Source: Octopus vulgaris (Eukaryota). From it: a stretch of 64,000 bases of DNA. Both the position numbers and the translations under genes were made by a program. The notes below the pieces were generated by a model. The model saw only the letters and a list, made by a program, of their open reading frames with translations. It did no database searches and was not told where the DNA came from. The stretch lies in contig OX597826.1 in assembly GCA_951406725.2 (NCBI GenBank), positions 22,320,001 through 22,384,000 of the forward strand. The letters are read 5' to 3'. Numbering within the stretch: position 1 is the stretch's first letter; each line of letters opens with the position of its first letter. Shown here in pieces: positions 1 to 12,952 of the stretch.

Positions 1-495
1 AGAAGACTCAGCAAGCCAAGTGAGACCATAACCCGTGGCCTATGCCAGGGGTGTAACCAGCCCACTTATGCATACCTTTCCTACATTGGACACTAAACTC
101 TGCTTGCGAAGACCTGTTGAGGCAACTGAAATCGAAATCAAATTCAATGACAACACCTCATGACTGGCATCCGTGCTAGTGGAGCGCTAAGAGCAGCATC
201 TGAGCGTGATCACTGCCAGAGCAGCTGACTGGCTTCCATGACAGTGGCACGTAAAAAGCACCATTCAAACGTGATCGTTATCTGCGTTGCATTGCTGGCT
301 CGTGAAAAACATTTAAGCAAAGTCATTGCCAGTGCCGCTGGACTGGCTCCTGTGCAGGTGGCACATAAAAAAACACCACTTGAGTATGGCCGTTGCCAGT
401 ACCACCTGACTGGCCCTCGTGCTGGTGGCATGTAAAAGCACCCACTACACTCTCGGAGTGGTTGGCATTAGGAAGGGCATCCAGTTGTAGAAACT
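1..495 (+). mobile_element. 3' UTR of an RTE-clade LINE or RTE-tailed SINE
   Basis: Closely similar to 40690-41160 (gccaagtgagaccataacccgtggcctatgccaggg ... cccactacactctcggagtggttggcattaggaagggcatccag). That copy continues into a (GAT)n tail. Confidence 0.7.
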
Positions 496-1854
496 TTGAC
501 AGAGAGTGCTAGTTTGATACAATTTAGGGGTTTGTTTGCATAGCAGCACCAATCATTCCAGATGTAGCAGAACTGTCTCAGGTGTGGACAGTTTAGTTAA
601 TTACTTTTAACAGTGTCAAAAAGATCAGAATTCTTCATCATGATGGCATAAACTTCTGAAAGAGTCTAAAAGTCTTCTTTCATTGCTCTAGGGATTAACT
701 GAGTTACTTATGTAGATCAATATTTTTAGAAAATTCATAGATCAATTCCATGGATTCTTTATTTTTGTTCTATGCTTCCTCTTTGTAATAGTGGTTCTAC
801 CCATTGGTGAATTGCATTGATTAAAGAAGGTTTAGTAAAGCAGATTTGCTGTGGAAGATCTTTTCACATCAAGACTGCTTTTTGTTCAGCTGGGATTTAT
901 CATGTTGAAGCATAAATATTCATAGACAAACAATGGTGTTTATTAAAACAATCTTCTATACTTTCTCTGTTCAGGAATTTAAAGATATTCTCTGTATCTA
1001 AAATTTTCTTTGTTTTATAAACACAAATCTATTCCAAATATTTTCTTTAGTAAAACAAGCCAATGTTGACATAACAATGTACAATTGCCATCTCAAGGTT
1101 GGTTCCTAGAGTATTTTTGTGGAAATAATTTAGAAATCTCACATTTACCATCTTGATTTATTCTACAACTTCATTGCAACAAATTAATGCACTTCGTTGT
1201 AATCTCTATTTTCTCTTCAATTTCTATTTCACTATTTGGAGGATTAATTTTAGGATAATTCTTGAGAAATTTGTAGCTTCCAACATCTATTCTATTGAAA
1301 TTATAACATCACAGTCTTTTGGTAAAGTGTTATTCTCATAAACATTCTCCCTTCAGTAGTAGTCGTTATTTTTAAAAAGAAACACTTATTTTCCCAGGAA
1401 GAGAATAAGGTTAGAGTTAAGGTGGTAACTAAACTGTTTCTACAAATACCATTACAGTTTGTCTCTATTTTTAACAAAAATTGCCAAGTAATGGGCTTAA
1501 TTAGATTATTAAGTATTAGTAATTTAATAAAGTAGAGTGAAAGAGTAGAATTTGTGGGAAATGGTAGTATGATAGTGTGTAAGCAAAATGCTAAAAGTTT
1601 GCCAAGTGGAATTAATTATTTTACTGTGGGAAAAGAATTTGTTCCATTTAAAATAAAACTCACTTATAAGTATAGGCTTGTTCTAAATGATTTCTAACAT
1701 AAAATTCTTTTTTGTCTTTAAAATGAATCTTAAATATGAGTTTATAAACAATTATAATTAAACAAAATCAGAAGGACTAAATAATAAAAATGCAAATACA
1801 GTATTAACAAGTTAATTATGTAAAGATAGTTTTAATCAGTTATTTAAATAAATA

Positions 1855-2088
1855 TTTCTTTCTTTATTGCCCACAAAGGGGCTAAACATAGAGGGGACAA
1901 ACAAAGACAGACAAGGGGTTTAAGTCGATTACATTGACCCCAGTGTATAACTGGTACTTATTTAATCAACCCCAAAAGGATGAAAGGCAAAGTCGACCTT
2001 GGTGGAATTTGAACACAGAACGTAACGGCAGACGAAATACCACTAAGCATTTCACCTGGTGTGCTAACGATTCTGCCAGCTCACCGCC
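1855..2088 (-). mobile_element. tRNA-derived SINE family A, full length. Other copies: 3565-3722(-), 5500-5675(+), 5720-5870(+), 34810-35010(-), 35030-35160(-), 35225-35440(+), 45335-45546(-)
   Basis: Minus strand starts GGCGGTGAGCTGGCAGAATCGTTAG (A box) and contains GTTCAAATTCC (B box). The core 'cgactttgcctttcatcc...gtaccag...ctggggtc' recurs many times in the window. Confidence 0.85.
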
Positions 2089-2319
2089 CTAAATATTGAT
2101 ACTTTAATTACAATAAAAAATAATATTGACAGGTTAATTACATAAATACTATATTGTTTAATTAAATACGATATAGACAAGCTAAACAAATAAATGCTGA
2201 TGAGTTAAATAAATAGGAAGTTGTAAACTGGTTTTTTTTTTTTAAATTCAAGAATTTTATTTGGCATACATTAAGTAAATGCAATCAGCAAAATAATAAT
2301 AAAAAATATAAATATTTAC

Positions 2320-2523
2320 CGCCACCAATTAACACCTCACAGAGATTTAATTTGCGATTATTTCCTGGTAAAACAATGAACAGTCTATTTCCATATTTAC
2401 TCAGAGGGAAATTTATGTCTACAATTCCATTCGGGTTAATTGCATGTGAATTTTCATAGAGAAGTGTTCCATTCGAAATATTTTTCCTATCACTAGCATA
2501 CACTTTAAAATTCTGGAATAATT
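2320..2523 (-). CDS. Host gene exon (204 nt, phase 1-1): C-terminal half of an F-type lectin/galactose-binding-like domain
   Basis: Acceptor ttttcag|AA and donor GGC G|gtaaata. Translates (K)LFQNFKVYASDRKNISNGTLLYENSHAINPNGIVDINFPLSKYGNRLFIVLPGNNRKLNLCEVLIGG. The ending LNLCEVxxxG matches the terminal strand of fucolectin/F5-8-like domains, and the exon is in frame with the 6204-6392 exon. Confidence 0.8.
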
Positions 2524-3902
2524 CTGAAAAATAATTTTGAATAAATTGTATGACATAAAATATTTCTTTGAATTAGTTTTAACAAAGCATTTTAATAGCT
2601 TGAACATCCATTTGTAATTTTAGATTTAATACATTTTCAGTATAAAAAAGTAAATAATGAGAATATAATCCTGTTTATATGATAGGGGATGTGTAGAAGT
2701 ATATTTTGTAAATAGCATATGTTAATGGTTGGGCTGAGGAAATGTAAGTGGCAAATATGTTGAAACTTTCAAAAGTATCTTGGTTAAATATGTTGTTGTT
2801 TAGCTACAAATCACCCATGATCAAGAAGATTTGTAATCAAAAGCATTCCAGCCATGACCACTCTGCTTTAACCAACATTATCCAATTTGTTCTCCTGAAA
2901 TAACCTTTTAAGCTGCAATAAATAGTAGTCAAACCTCTCTCAAATCACATCCCACTTCTTAAAAAAGCAAAAAAGAAAACAACAGAGATGGTCATAGCTG
3001 GAGTGTCTTTGAGCAAAATTGACTTAGAGCTAAACAATAGCAACAACATTAACAGTCTTTCTGCTGCTTGGAGTTGTCCCTACCCTGTGGCTCTCATTAG
3101 CAGCTAGGTTGACTGGGCTAGGTGAGAGCAAAACACCTTGTTTGCAGAGAGTGAGAGAGAACATTGTGATGGAGGGGATAAGATTCAAACTTCTCTCTAT
3201 CTCATTACCTCAACCATTTAGGATGTCAAAATTAAGAATGTTATTATTTTAGATGATTGATGAAACTAAATATATAATTCTATAACATTATGAACAAGAA
3301 GACCTGTTATAAGGCAATGAAATTAAACTGGACAGTTGGTTTTTCTCAATTATACAATCTTTAAAGAAGTCTGTTACATCAATTAAAGTACTTAGTGGTT
3401 CATTCATCCTGACTTTGAGAAGGACAGTATAAGCTATATTTTACTGAGAAGGTCAGAATAAGATAGAAGCATGCCTGGATTGTTCCTCCTCCTGGTCAAA
3501 ATACATTTAAATAAAAGGAGTCCTTGGTAGTGAAAAGGTTGGGAACTACAGTTCTATAATATTTTTTCTACTCTAGGCACAAGGCCTGAAATTTTTGTGG
3601 AGGGACCAGTCAATTAGATCAACCCCAGTAAGCAACTGGTACCTAATTTATTGACCCCTGAAAGGATGAAAGGCAAAGTCAACTTTGGTGGAATTTGGAC
3701 TCAGAACATAAAGACAGACGAACTGTTCTATAATATTAACTATGTTAGATTCCGGCATGCTTATCTGTCCATCTTTCTGCCGTTTTTGTCTATCTAGCTT
3801 TCTGCATAATTATTTTTTGTTACATATTAAACATGTTAATATTTACTATCTATCTATCTGCATATTTATCTTAAATTAATCTGTCCATGTATCTCACAAT
3901 AT

Positions 3903-4159
3903 GATTATGTGAACATTGTTTGAAAATAATTGTTCGAAAACAATTATTCGAAAAACATTTATTTGAATGGAAAATTGTATGAATGGAAATTATTCAAAAA
4001 GGACAATTGTACGAAATGTTAGTTATTCTAAGTTTTTTATTTCATTTAAACAAAAATGATAAAATTAAAAATTAAGTACACAAGTGATATTTATTTCAAA
4101 TAACTATTTTTCAAATAATTGTTTTCAAACAATTATCTTTAAACAATTTTCATAACATG
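3903..4159. mobile_element. Small fold-back/MITE-like element with inverted arrays of ~15-bp repeats
   Basis: Left array (attgtttgaaaataattgttcgaaaacaattattcgaa) is mirrored by the right array (ttcaaataattgttttcaaacaattatctttaaacaat). An 8-bp direct repeat CACAATAT flanks it at 3895-3902 and 4160-4167. Confidence 0.5.
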
Positions 4160-6203
4160 CACAATATAATAATAATTAACCATTAAATACGTTAACCCTA
4201 GTTTATTGGACATTTATAAATTTCTTTATGCCTACAACAGCCTATGGACATCACTAAACTTAATTTAAAACATATTATATATCAAATTAGTTTGATATAT
4301 AATCATCATTATGCTTCATAAAACTTGGAAACAAAAAAATTCTGTCAAATGATAGTTTTAAATACGTTATAAAAGGATATGTAGTTCTAGAAATAGTGGA
4401 AAAAACTGAATGATCCTGACATAAATATGTTTGATAATAAATCTACTCAATCAAGAGAAATAACAATCTACCAAAGCTGAATGAATTTGCCTTTTGTACT
4501 GTTGTTGTTGCTGCTGTTTAGGCCTTGATAAGACTGAGCAGACGGAAAAGTATTCAAACCATGATCATTCAGTTATTTTTATCAGGCAGAAGACATTTCC
4601 AATGTATGATTCATTTTATAAGATAACAGTGTGTGATTCGAAGAAAATTTAGTTTTCTTTCTTATAAGTATTTTTTTCCCTTCATTAACTGTTTTCTTGT
4701 TTATTATGACTCTGATCCTTAATTCTTCAACCCAGTAAATTTATAAGGATTCAACTAAAGTCTCTCTAAAGTAATGCAACTTCAACATAGAACAACTTCC
4801 TACACACTTTATGACAGGAGACAAATAAAAAGCCACTATGTGTTCACTCAATATGCCAAAAGTAGGAGCTGACTTCCCCTCAGGTCACATTCTACTGTCT
4901 TAAAAAAGAGAAGCACACGCTGATAAATGTACTTCTGCAAAACCTGTCCAGGCTGGAATGCCTTTAATCATAGCTTTGAATACTCGACTAATGAACAACC
5001 TCAAGTATTTGACAGAAAAGTACAAATTTAAAGAATCTAATGATTGAGTTTCCAGAAAAATCAGTTGAATCAAGTTTATAAATTAGAATAATTTTGTGTT
5101 GCAATGAAAAAAAATTAGAGAGCCTTCCTACAGGACACTGGAGAATTATCTTCTTGCTAACACTACACAGGCACTCTCCTTCTACAACAACTGCATTGCT
5201 ACATGGTCACTTGACTCACTAGGAATAACAACCAGATCTTATAGACCCTAACATCTTAAAAAATACCAAACCCCACCCTCCAAAAAAACAAGGGAAGTTG
5301 TGAATCCAGGACAGTCTAATCTAATATAAATTCAGTATTTAATATAAACAAAGATGGTGTGATATTAGTTTGAAAGTCTTTGACCGTGCAGCTGCTCATT
5401 CAGAATTGTCTTAAGTTATACAACAGCATCACTGCAAGCTAATGAAATACTTATAATGTTATTGTTTACAGTGAAATCATTATTTACAATGATTAAAGTG
5501 GCAGAATCATAAGTGCTTTGTACAGAATGCTTAGTGGCATTTCTTCTGGCTGTTTATATTCTGAGTTCAAATTCTACTGAGAGCAACTTTACTTTTCTTT
5601 GAGTTGATAAAATAAAGCACCAGTCGAGTATTAAGGGTTTCCCTCAAAATTGCTGACACTGAGCCGAAATTAGAAAGAATTATTTACAATGAGGATATTT
5701 AAATTGTGGTCATTGGCTTATGTTCTGAGATCACAATCCACCAGCTTTGTCAACTTTGTCAGTCATCCTTCCAGGGTTAATAAAATATAGAACATGTAGA
5801 GCACTGAGGTTGATGTCATCGACTTGTATCCTTCTTCAAATTTTCAGGCCTTGTGCTCATTGTAAAAAGGATATAAATTGTAGTCCTTTTTGACAAAGCC
5901 ATTGTTTACAGTATTGTTAATGTTTACAATGATGTCATTGCTAACAATGTTAGTGTGTTCCCTCTCTATGGAACCTATTTTACAACCAGTTGAACTGAGC
6001 CGTTTGGAAGTCAAATGTCTTGAATATTAACACTGTATAGTGACAACAACAAGAACTACTGTATTCACTGTTACCTCTCTCCTGTTTGTAGTGTAATGAA
6101 CAATAGCAAATTTACAAAAGAGATTCATTGATAAAAACAATACTAAATTAATGAATGAAGTGAAAACTAACAGGATGATTTGTTATTAATAAATTAAACT
6201 TAC

Positions 6204-6392
6204 TTATTTCTGATTGGAGTGTATAAATCACAAGTCTTTTTGTTTTCACCTTGCCAACCCACATGGATACTGTTGAATCTTTCGTGTGCTGGGTATGATA
6301 ACAATGTGTAGCTTTTGTATTCTGTATGTTTCCATCAAATACAACCGATAATTTCTTGTCATTTTTCTGGTTATATTTTGGCACAATTTTTC
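6204..6392 (-). CDS. Host gene exon (189 nt, phase 1-1): N-terminal half of the F-type lectin-like domain
   Basis: Acceptor ttcttctttgttactag|GA and donor ATA A|gtaagt. Translates (R)KIVPKYNQKNDKKLSVVFDGNIQNTKATHCYHTQHTKDSTVSMWVGKVKTKRLVIYTLQSEI. The FDGN and CYHT motifs resemble the A(V/I)DGN...CxHT motifs of F-type lectins. Confidence 0.8.
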
Positions 6393-8489
6393 CTAGTAAC
6401 AAAGAAGAAAAATATATCAGCACATTAGTTCAGATTATAATTTAAGAAACTATAATTAAGGCATTAAAATTAAAATTAATGAACTTCATGCAAAATTAGA
6501 TTCTCTCTATATTATATCACGCAGAAAAAAAAAAGGTTACCTACATTTGTCTGATGTGACAGAATTAAATTAACTTTGTTTGAGCCACCAATAGAGAGAA
6601 AAGTGATATTCAATCACTGATTTTGGAATATGGTCCATATTATAAAATGCTGGTTAATGGGTTCAACTTGAAAACCATGAAGCTTAGTCAAAAGAACTCT
6701 CAAGAGGTGTCTTTGTAAAGGCTGGCCTTCTACTGCACTAGTAGATACCTTGTTGGGTAATGATACAAAAATAGAGATTTTATATTGTTTGGCAGCCAGA
6801 TGAGCAATTCAAAGAGCTAATCTGCTGCTGTTCATGATTATAGAAGTTTGAAAAAGGGACAGGGGTGTTAGTGAATAATGGGATAGAAACTGAAGTGCAA
6901 TGTGACAGAGGGAGAAAGGCAAAGTGGGCAGTGAAAGAGAGGTGAAACTGCATGTGGGACAATATGATTGTAGGACACTCCGGTAGTAAACATGTTAAAG
7001 TAGAAAGAGTTATAGTGTTTAAAAGTTACGAGGTGAGAAAAATGAAAGTAGTAAGAATATAAAAGAGAGAAGAAAGTGAAATTCGAGCTGAACAAGATTT
7101 AGAATATGACTTTGAAACTCCCAGAAATCTGAAGACAACCAATATAACAAATAAAGCTATGTGGACGCTGTTGCCATTGCTGCTACCAACCACCACCACC
7201 ACCACTTTTGCCACTGATAGCCACCGGTACTATCACTTCCACCATTCTCTTTCACACATCTCATTTTCTCAATCACCAACAATATATTCCAGGATGTTTA
7301 ATAAAACATCATTTTTTAAAAGTTTGCAAAACCTCAACAAATCCATCTTTCACATTTTACAATTCTTTAATAGAGTCTAACTTTGTCTAAAGAGAATCTA
7401 TCTTGTGGTAAGGTAAAGAAATGTCCACCATGGGAGTACTTGCTTTTCACATATTCACAGAATGTTCACAACAATACTTTAGTAATGGCATATTTGTATG
7501 AACATGTAGGAAATTATATTTTCCTGTTATTACTTATGGACGTCATTTTCTTTGAGACTCAGATTTTGCCAATCAAATTCGTTTTTTTTTTCGGATGCAC
7601 GGTTCCAGAGCCTTCCTGAGCTAAACACACAGGCATAACCACTTGCACTCACATTTACATGCACTCACCTTATCACAGTATCATAATTAGTTAAGTATTA
7701 TGGAGAGTATTGTAGTTAGTATCGTTTTACCAAGTAAACGATTAGTTTTTAGCTTTGTTTGCATTTCGCAACTGCAATTAATATTATTTAGCTCATCAGT
7801 GAAGTTCATTGAACACCAGGAAATATAGGAATAATTTTGGGATATCATTTTATATTTTATTGTTTCTTCCAATTCCATTGAAAATTCTGTAATCCAAGTG
7901 TATAACTGTAGGAGTTGCCTCCCTTCAACTAATCCTTTTTTTTTTTTTGAAGTCATTACAACTTCACCAGACCGGATAATCAATCCATAAAACATCTTGT
8001 TCCCTAATACTTGAACGTAGAGGTGACATAATATACAGTATTACTTATATTAAGGATTGATCAAATTAGTACAAAATCAAGATAGCATTTGTCGATTGAA
8101 ACATCCCTGAAACATGTCTGGGATCCAGATTATGGAAACCAAAGGAAATGATGACACAATTCGAATTACTATCAAAAGAAGAAGTTTTGCTTCAGTTGTA
8201 AAATTCTCTGAGAATGCACCAATTTTAATTAAAGAACTTCACCCGTTAACAAAAAACAAAAAAACCCAGCCTGCTGGGTGTTAACAACTGTATAGAAAAT
8301 GAATATGGGGGAGAGGAAAATTGCATTTTCAAAACTTCAATTCCTCCTCCCCACCTTCATTTTTCACTTTTTCCGGATTTTTTTTTTTTTTTTGCGAAAT
8401 ACGAAGATTAGCATTCAGGAAAAAATTTGCTTGTAAAATTTCAATTTATATATACCCCCAACCCCTTCCCCTCCCAATTCTACGGCCTC

Positions 8490-8998
8490 GGCCTTCAAGC
8501 AAGGCTATCCACATTCTAGAAATAACAGCCAAATCTCACAAAACTGCGATCCCATAACACCTATTAGACTTTTTTCTTTTTTTTTTTCGTTTTAGTGACC
8601 GGGCCCTGTCGTGATCCTTTTACTGTTTCACTATAACGTATGCAGAAACAGACAAAACAACCGTTCATTTCCACTTTTAGACAGCGGGATAGCAGGGGAG
8701 GGGGGGATTTTGGGTCGGAGTTTTTCATAAAAAATTTGAAATTAAAATTTGAATTTGTGTTTATTTTTTTCCTTTTATTCATAATTTCCGTATTTTCCCA
8801 CGTAGATTGCTTGAAAAGAACAACTCGAAAAAAGCTTTAAAAAAACCACTTTAATTTCACGTGAATTACTTTGTCATATTACTACGGGAAATTACTCTGA
8901 AAAAAGTAATTAGCCGCAGTAATTTTTTTCATTATGTTATCACAGTTTTGTGAGATTTGGCTGTTATTTCTAGCATGTGGATAGTCTGCTTGAAGGCC
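8490..8998. mobile_element. MITE-like element with ~60-bp inverted repeats inside a CpG-richer 8.3-9.4 kb segment
   Basis: 8490-8550 (ggccttcaagcaaggctatccacattctagaaataacagccaaatctcacaaaactgcgat) is the reverse complement of 8939-8998 with few mismatches. Confidence 0.55.
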
Positions 8999-9393
8999 AA
9001 AGCTGGAGATTTTAAATTTTGAAAATGCGATTTTTGAAAATTTTTTTCAGAATCGGATCCTCCATAAACAAAAACGTAGGATTCCGTAACAAAAAAAAAT
9101 CAATATATTTCCATTTTCCTGAAAGTTATGACGGAAAAATTGGATCTTGTGAATTTTCCAAAAGTCCTCTTCCTAGGTTCGTTTGCGCAAATCTTTTTTT
9201 TTTGTCATATTCGTTTTCTACACAGTTGTTAACACACAGCAGGCTGTTTTGTTTTGTTTCGTTTTTTTTTGGCTCGCGGCTGAAGATCTTTATATTCACC
9301 TTTTTAATCGTATTGAAATAAAGTTACTGAGCTTATTTCGGGTAGAACATAAATATCCAATTCATCTCTGTGGTTCTGTTTGTTTTGTTGCTT

Positions 9394-10074
9394 ATTACCC
9401 TCCGCCAAGGAAGGAGGTTATGTTTTCGTCGGCGTTGGTTTGTCCGTCTGTCCGTTTGTGTGCAAAATAACTCAAAAAGTTGTGAACGCTATTTGATGAA
9501 ACTTGCTGGAAAAGTTGGTAATGACACAAGGAACAGATGATTCTTGAAGGATTTTTCATTTGTTATATTTACTTTACAGGAAGTATTAGTTACGTTCTTT
9601 GATTATCTCCCTTGAAAACACGTTTATCGTTTCCACGTAACCTATGGTGGCGTTGCTGTTTCCAAAGATTATTTTCGTTTCTCTATTAGTAATTTTACTC
9701 GTGTATCTATCTTAAAATGAGCTGCTTGGCGGAGGTCTGCAGAGGATGACATGACAAACCTTGACTATTGGGATAGACTCGAAAAGCCCAGGCATTCAAA
9801 TGATCCTTAGAGGATTACCCCCAACAAATACCAGATAAACCACCCACACCCAGATATGTCTCTGAAAACAATAACCCTCTGCTTGAATGGGCTACGGTTC
9901 CACAGAGCTGACTGTGTATCTCTTCCGGGCTGTGTTATTTTTTTTTAACCCCGCCAAGGAGGTTATGTTTTTGCTGGCGTTGGTTTGGGAAATTGGGCGA
10001 TTTTCAGCATGCATGTATATGGGTAGAAATTAGCTGCTTGGTGGAGGTCTGCGGCCTTCGGGTGCTTTTCTTGT
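9394..10074 (+). mobile_element. Helentron/DINE-1-like non-autonomous element (HINE), composite
   Basis: Sub-terminal IR cctccgccaag ... cttggcggagg, a gtccgtctgtcc core, and a 3' stem-loop followed by a T-run. A second copy lies in the opposite orientation at 32619-33386. Confidence 0.6.
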
Positions 10075-10864
10075 TTTTCAGTATTATAATGTATCTACTC
10101 TCAATGCATTTTAGCAGATTCGAGTGTGAATATCTGATTGCTTTTGGTTTTTGTCACCAGAGAACACTTTTTAGATGGCTGTGGTCTCAAATAGTGAAAC
10201 CACCAAATAACGACTCCATACAGAAAGCTGGAATAGAAGATGTCATTCAAAGAAAGAACACTGTACAATGAATATCCACAGAACCAAGCTGTAGCTTTCA
10301 AATGCCTTTTACTCCGGGTCACAAATATATACAAGTTGAATAAATCACAAAAGGTATTTACAAGTGAAAGGCCATGTTCAGCTTCTGTGCATCCTATGAC
10401 ATAGTTGCTCAATGTCTATGCAAGCGCTAAGGAGGTCATGTCCTTGCACACTGCTGCTGCGATGACAAAGAGGAAGGACCAAATGCCAGAACATCAGAGT
10501 CACATGCTGTGCCACCTAGTGGCGAGCTATTTAGACAGCTACCATCAGGAGAGGTAACTGCACCTACAGCCCTCTTCCCTAGACTGCAAATGTCGAACAA
10601 AAGGAAGGTAGACAAAATGTGAGTGTGCGACAGAAAGGCACAGAAGAATGAAACATGGCAAACCAGTTGTATGAACAATGCAAGAGTGCAAACTTGGAGG
10701 AAACACAGAGAAAATGTCTGTCCTTGCAGAGAACGAAATGTGTGATGTACAGAATCCGAATTATGGCAGAATAATTGAAAAATACAATGCAAATATATAC
10801 AAAGAAAGGTGTCCAATCAAACAGAACAAAGTATGATACAAAAATCTTGTTGAAAGATATGTTT

Positions 10865-10985
10865 ATGCTGTGTGTATATATATATATAGTATATATATAT
10901 ACTAAATATATGCTGTGTGTATATATATATATAGTATATATATATACTAAATATATGCTGTGTGTATATATATATATATATGTAT
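10865..10985. repeat. Tandem repeat, ~44-bp unit x ~3, built on (TA)n
   Basis: The unit atgctgtgtgtatatatatatatagtatatatatatactaaatat is repeated. Confidence 0.85.
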
Positions 10986-10986
10986 A

Positions 10987-11881
10987 CTAGCAGTATCGTC
11001 CGGAGTTGCTCGGGTTTGTAAGCATTTTTAGAGTTATAGCAAAAAAATGCATTAAAAATGGAATAAAAAATGATGGTAATTTTTTTTAAATCGTTGACTC
11101 ATCGTAGACATTTTTAGAGAGTTACTTTCCTTATATAATAGCGAAAAAATGCATTAAAATGGAAAAAATGATGGTAAATTTTTTTTTAAATCGTAGACTC
11201 ATCGTAGACGCGCGCTAATACCCAGAAGGGCTCGATATGAATCACGACTATAAGATACTATTGGTTAAACTGCCCCGCAAAATGTGGGAGTAGTTAGGAA
11301 TCTAAATCGTAGGAGACAGACACACAACTTCACTTTTATATATAAAGATTTGTGCAACAACTAAAACATTCGGTTGTGCAAATTGTTTGCACAGGAAACC
11401 TGCCCTGTGTGGCGGTTTTTGCCGTTTTTGTGGATCTGTTTCAGCTTTTTTAGCGATTTCTGTTTTGGTGACTTCAAGCCATGAAGTTGTTGTTCTAAAA
11501 GAACGCTGGTCTCCTTGACAAAGCTTTACGACGTTGATTTCCCTACCCTGCCTTCCCCACAGCTTCACGAGGGAGGGAAGAAGGGGGAGAAGCAACACAG
11601 GTGCAGGTGTGAGCATGGACGCCAACTCCGCCGCCATCGACACACGAAAGAATTGGAAGAACCCCAAAAAATATGCTTTAAAATGGAAAAAAATTATGGT
11701 AAATTATTTTTAAAATCGTAGACTCATCGTAGACGCGCGCTAATACCCAGACGGGCTCGATATGAATCACGACTATAATATACCCGAATTTGGTAAAACT
11801 GCACCACAAAATGTGGGAGTAGTTAGGAATCTAAATCGTAGGAGACAGACGCTCACACAACTTCACTTCTATATATATAGA
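10987..11881 (-). mobile_element. Non-autonomous Helitron, composite with two 5' ends
   Basis: The minus strand ends in a GC hairpin plus CTAG|T (CTAG at 10987-10990). A|TC 5' termini occur at 11348 and 11881, and the ~180-bp 5' block is repeated. Confidence 0.75.
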
Positions 11882-11959
11882 TATATATATAGTATTTCTT
11901 TGTAAGTAAATATGTGAAATGATACAGAAAGAGAAGAAATATGAGTGCGGTGTCTAAAA

Positions 11960-12780
11960 CAAACATAAATCTATTTTCCGCAACAGTCACTGGCAAGTCA
12001 AAGTTAAGGAATGTTCTTCGACCAATGAACTGATCTGCCAGAATGTGTCCTGTAGGGTGAAGAATGTGTTGGTGTTTTGGTGAGTCGAAGTGATGCTTGT
12101 GGTGGTGGAAGCAGTAGTGGTTGTAGAATGATGGGGGTGTCAGTAAGTGCCATAAATGTTTTGGAAACAGCTTTTTTATCTGTTGAAAGAGACAGTCTCT
12201 TTTTTTTTTTTTTTGTGAATGTGCACAGTAAACGGTTTCAGTGTGCTCCTAAGAACATAATAGTATGGAGATGTGAGTGGTCCCTTGACGGCATCATTTC
12301 TTACAAGCACGTGAGTCCAAGTAGAAATATCCGGAGGTACTGCAAAAGAAACAGACTGGTCGTGAGGAAGCATTGGTGGTAGGTCAGCAAAGAATGACCT
12401 GAATCGTGTAATGTAAGATGCAAGATCCGCATTCAGTAAGTCGACAGGTGCCAACATTTGGCCAGGAAGTACCAAAATGGTGCCATACAAGAGTTCAGTG
12501 GAGGAGTAGTCTAAATCCTCCTTAATAGCTGAGTGGCACCCCAGCAGAACAACAATGAGAATCTGGAGCAGTATGGATAGTAGCGTTAAGCTGGCGATGG
12601 AATCGTTCCACCATCCCAGTTGCAGTGGGATGGTAACTTGTGGTGTGGATGTGCTGAACTCTGAGTAATCTTGAAAGCTCATGAAACAGACAAGCTTCAA
12701 ATTGGTGTCCACGGTCGGTGGTAATTCTGGAGGGTACTCTGAAGCAAACTATCTACTCAGAGATGAGAGCTCTGGTGACC
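11960..12780 (-). pseudogene. Degraded Gypsy (Ty3) integrase C-terminal region
   Basis: KEDLDYSSTELLYGTILVLPG...WTHVLVRNDAVKGPLTSPY...ETVSFNR and PYRTHSGRSVHW are homologous to the 15370-16341 integrase. Frameshifted. Confidence 0.8.
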
Positions 12781-12952
12781 GATGCCACAGAGTGTTGGTG
12801 ACAACCAGATTATTCTCAGTACAAAATGCCAAAAGATCTACTCCATTTTTATTGCATTTTCCAATAGGATTTGACCTGCATGAGGCCTCCGTAGTTGGAA
12901 AGCTCTGACTTCTCTCCCTTGTTCTTATACAGAGACACTATTTTATATATTA

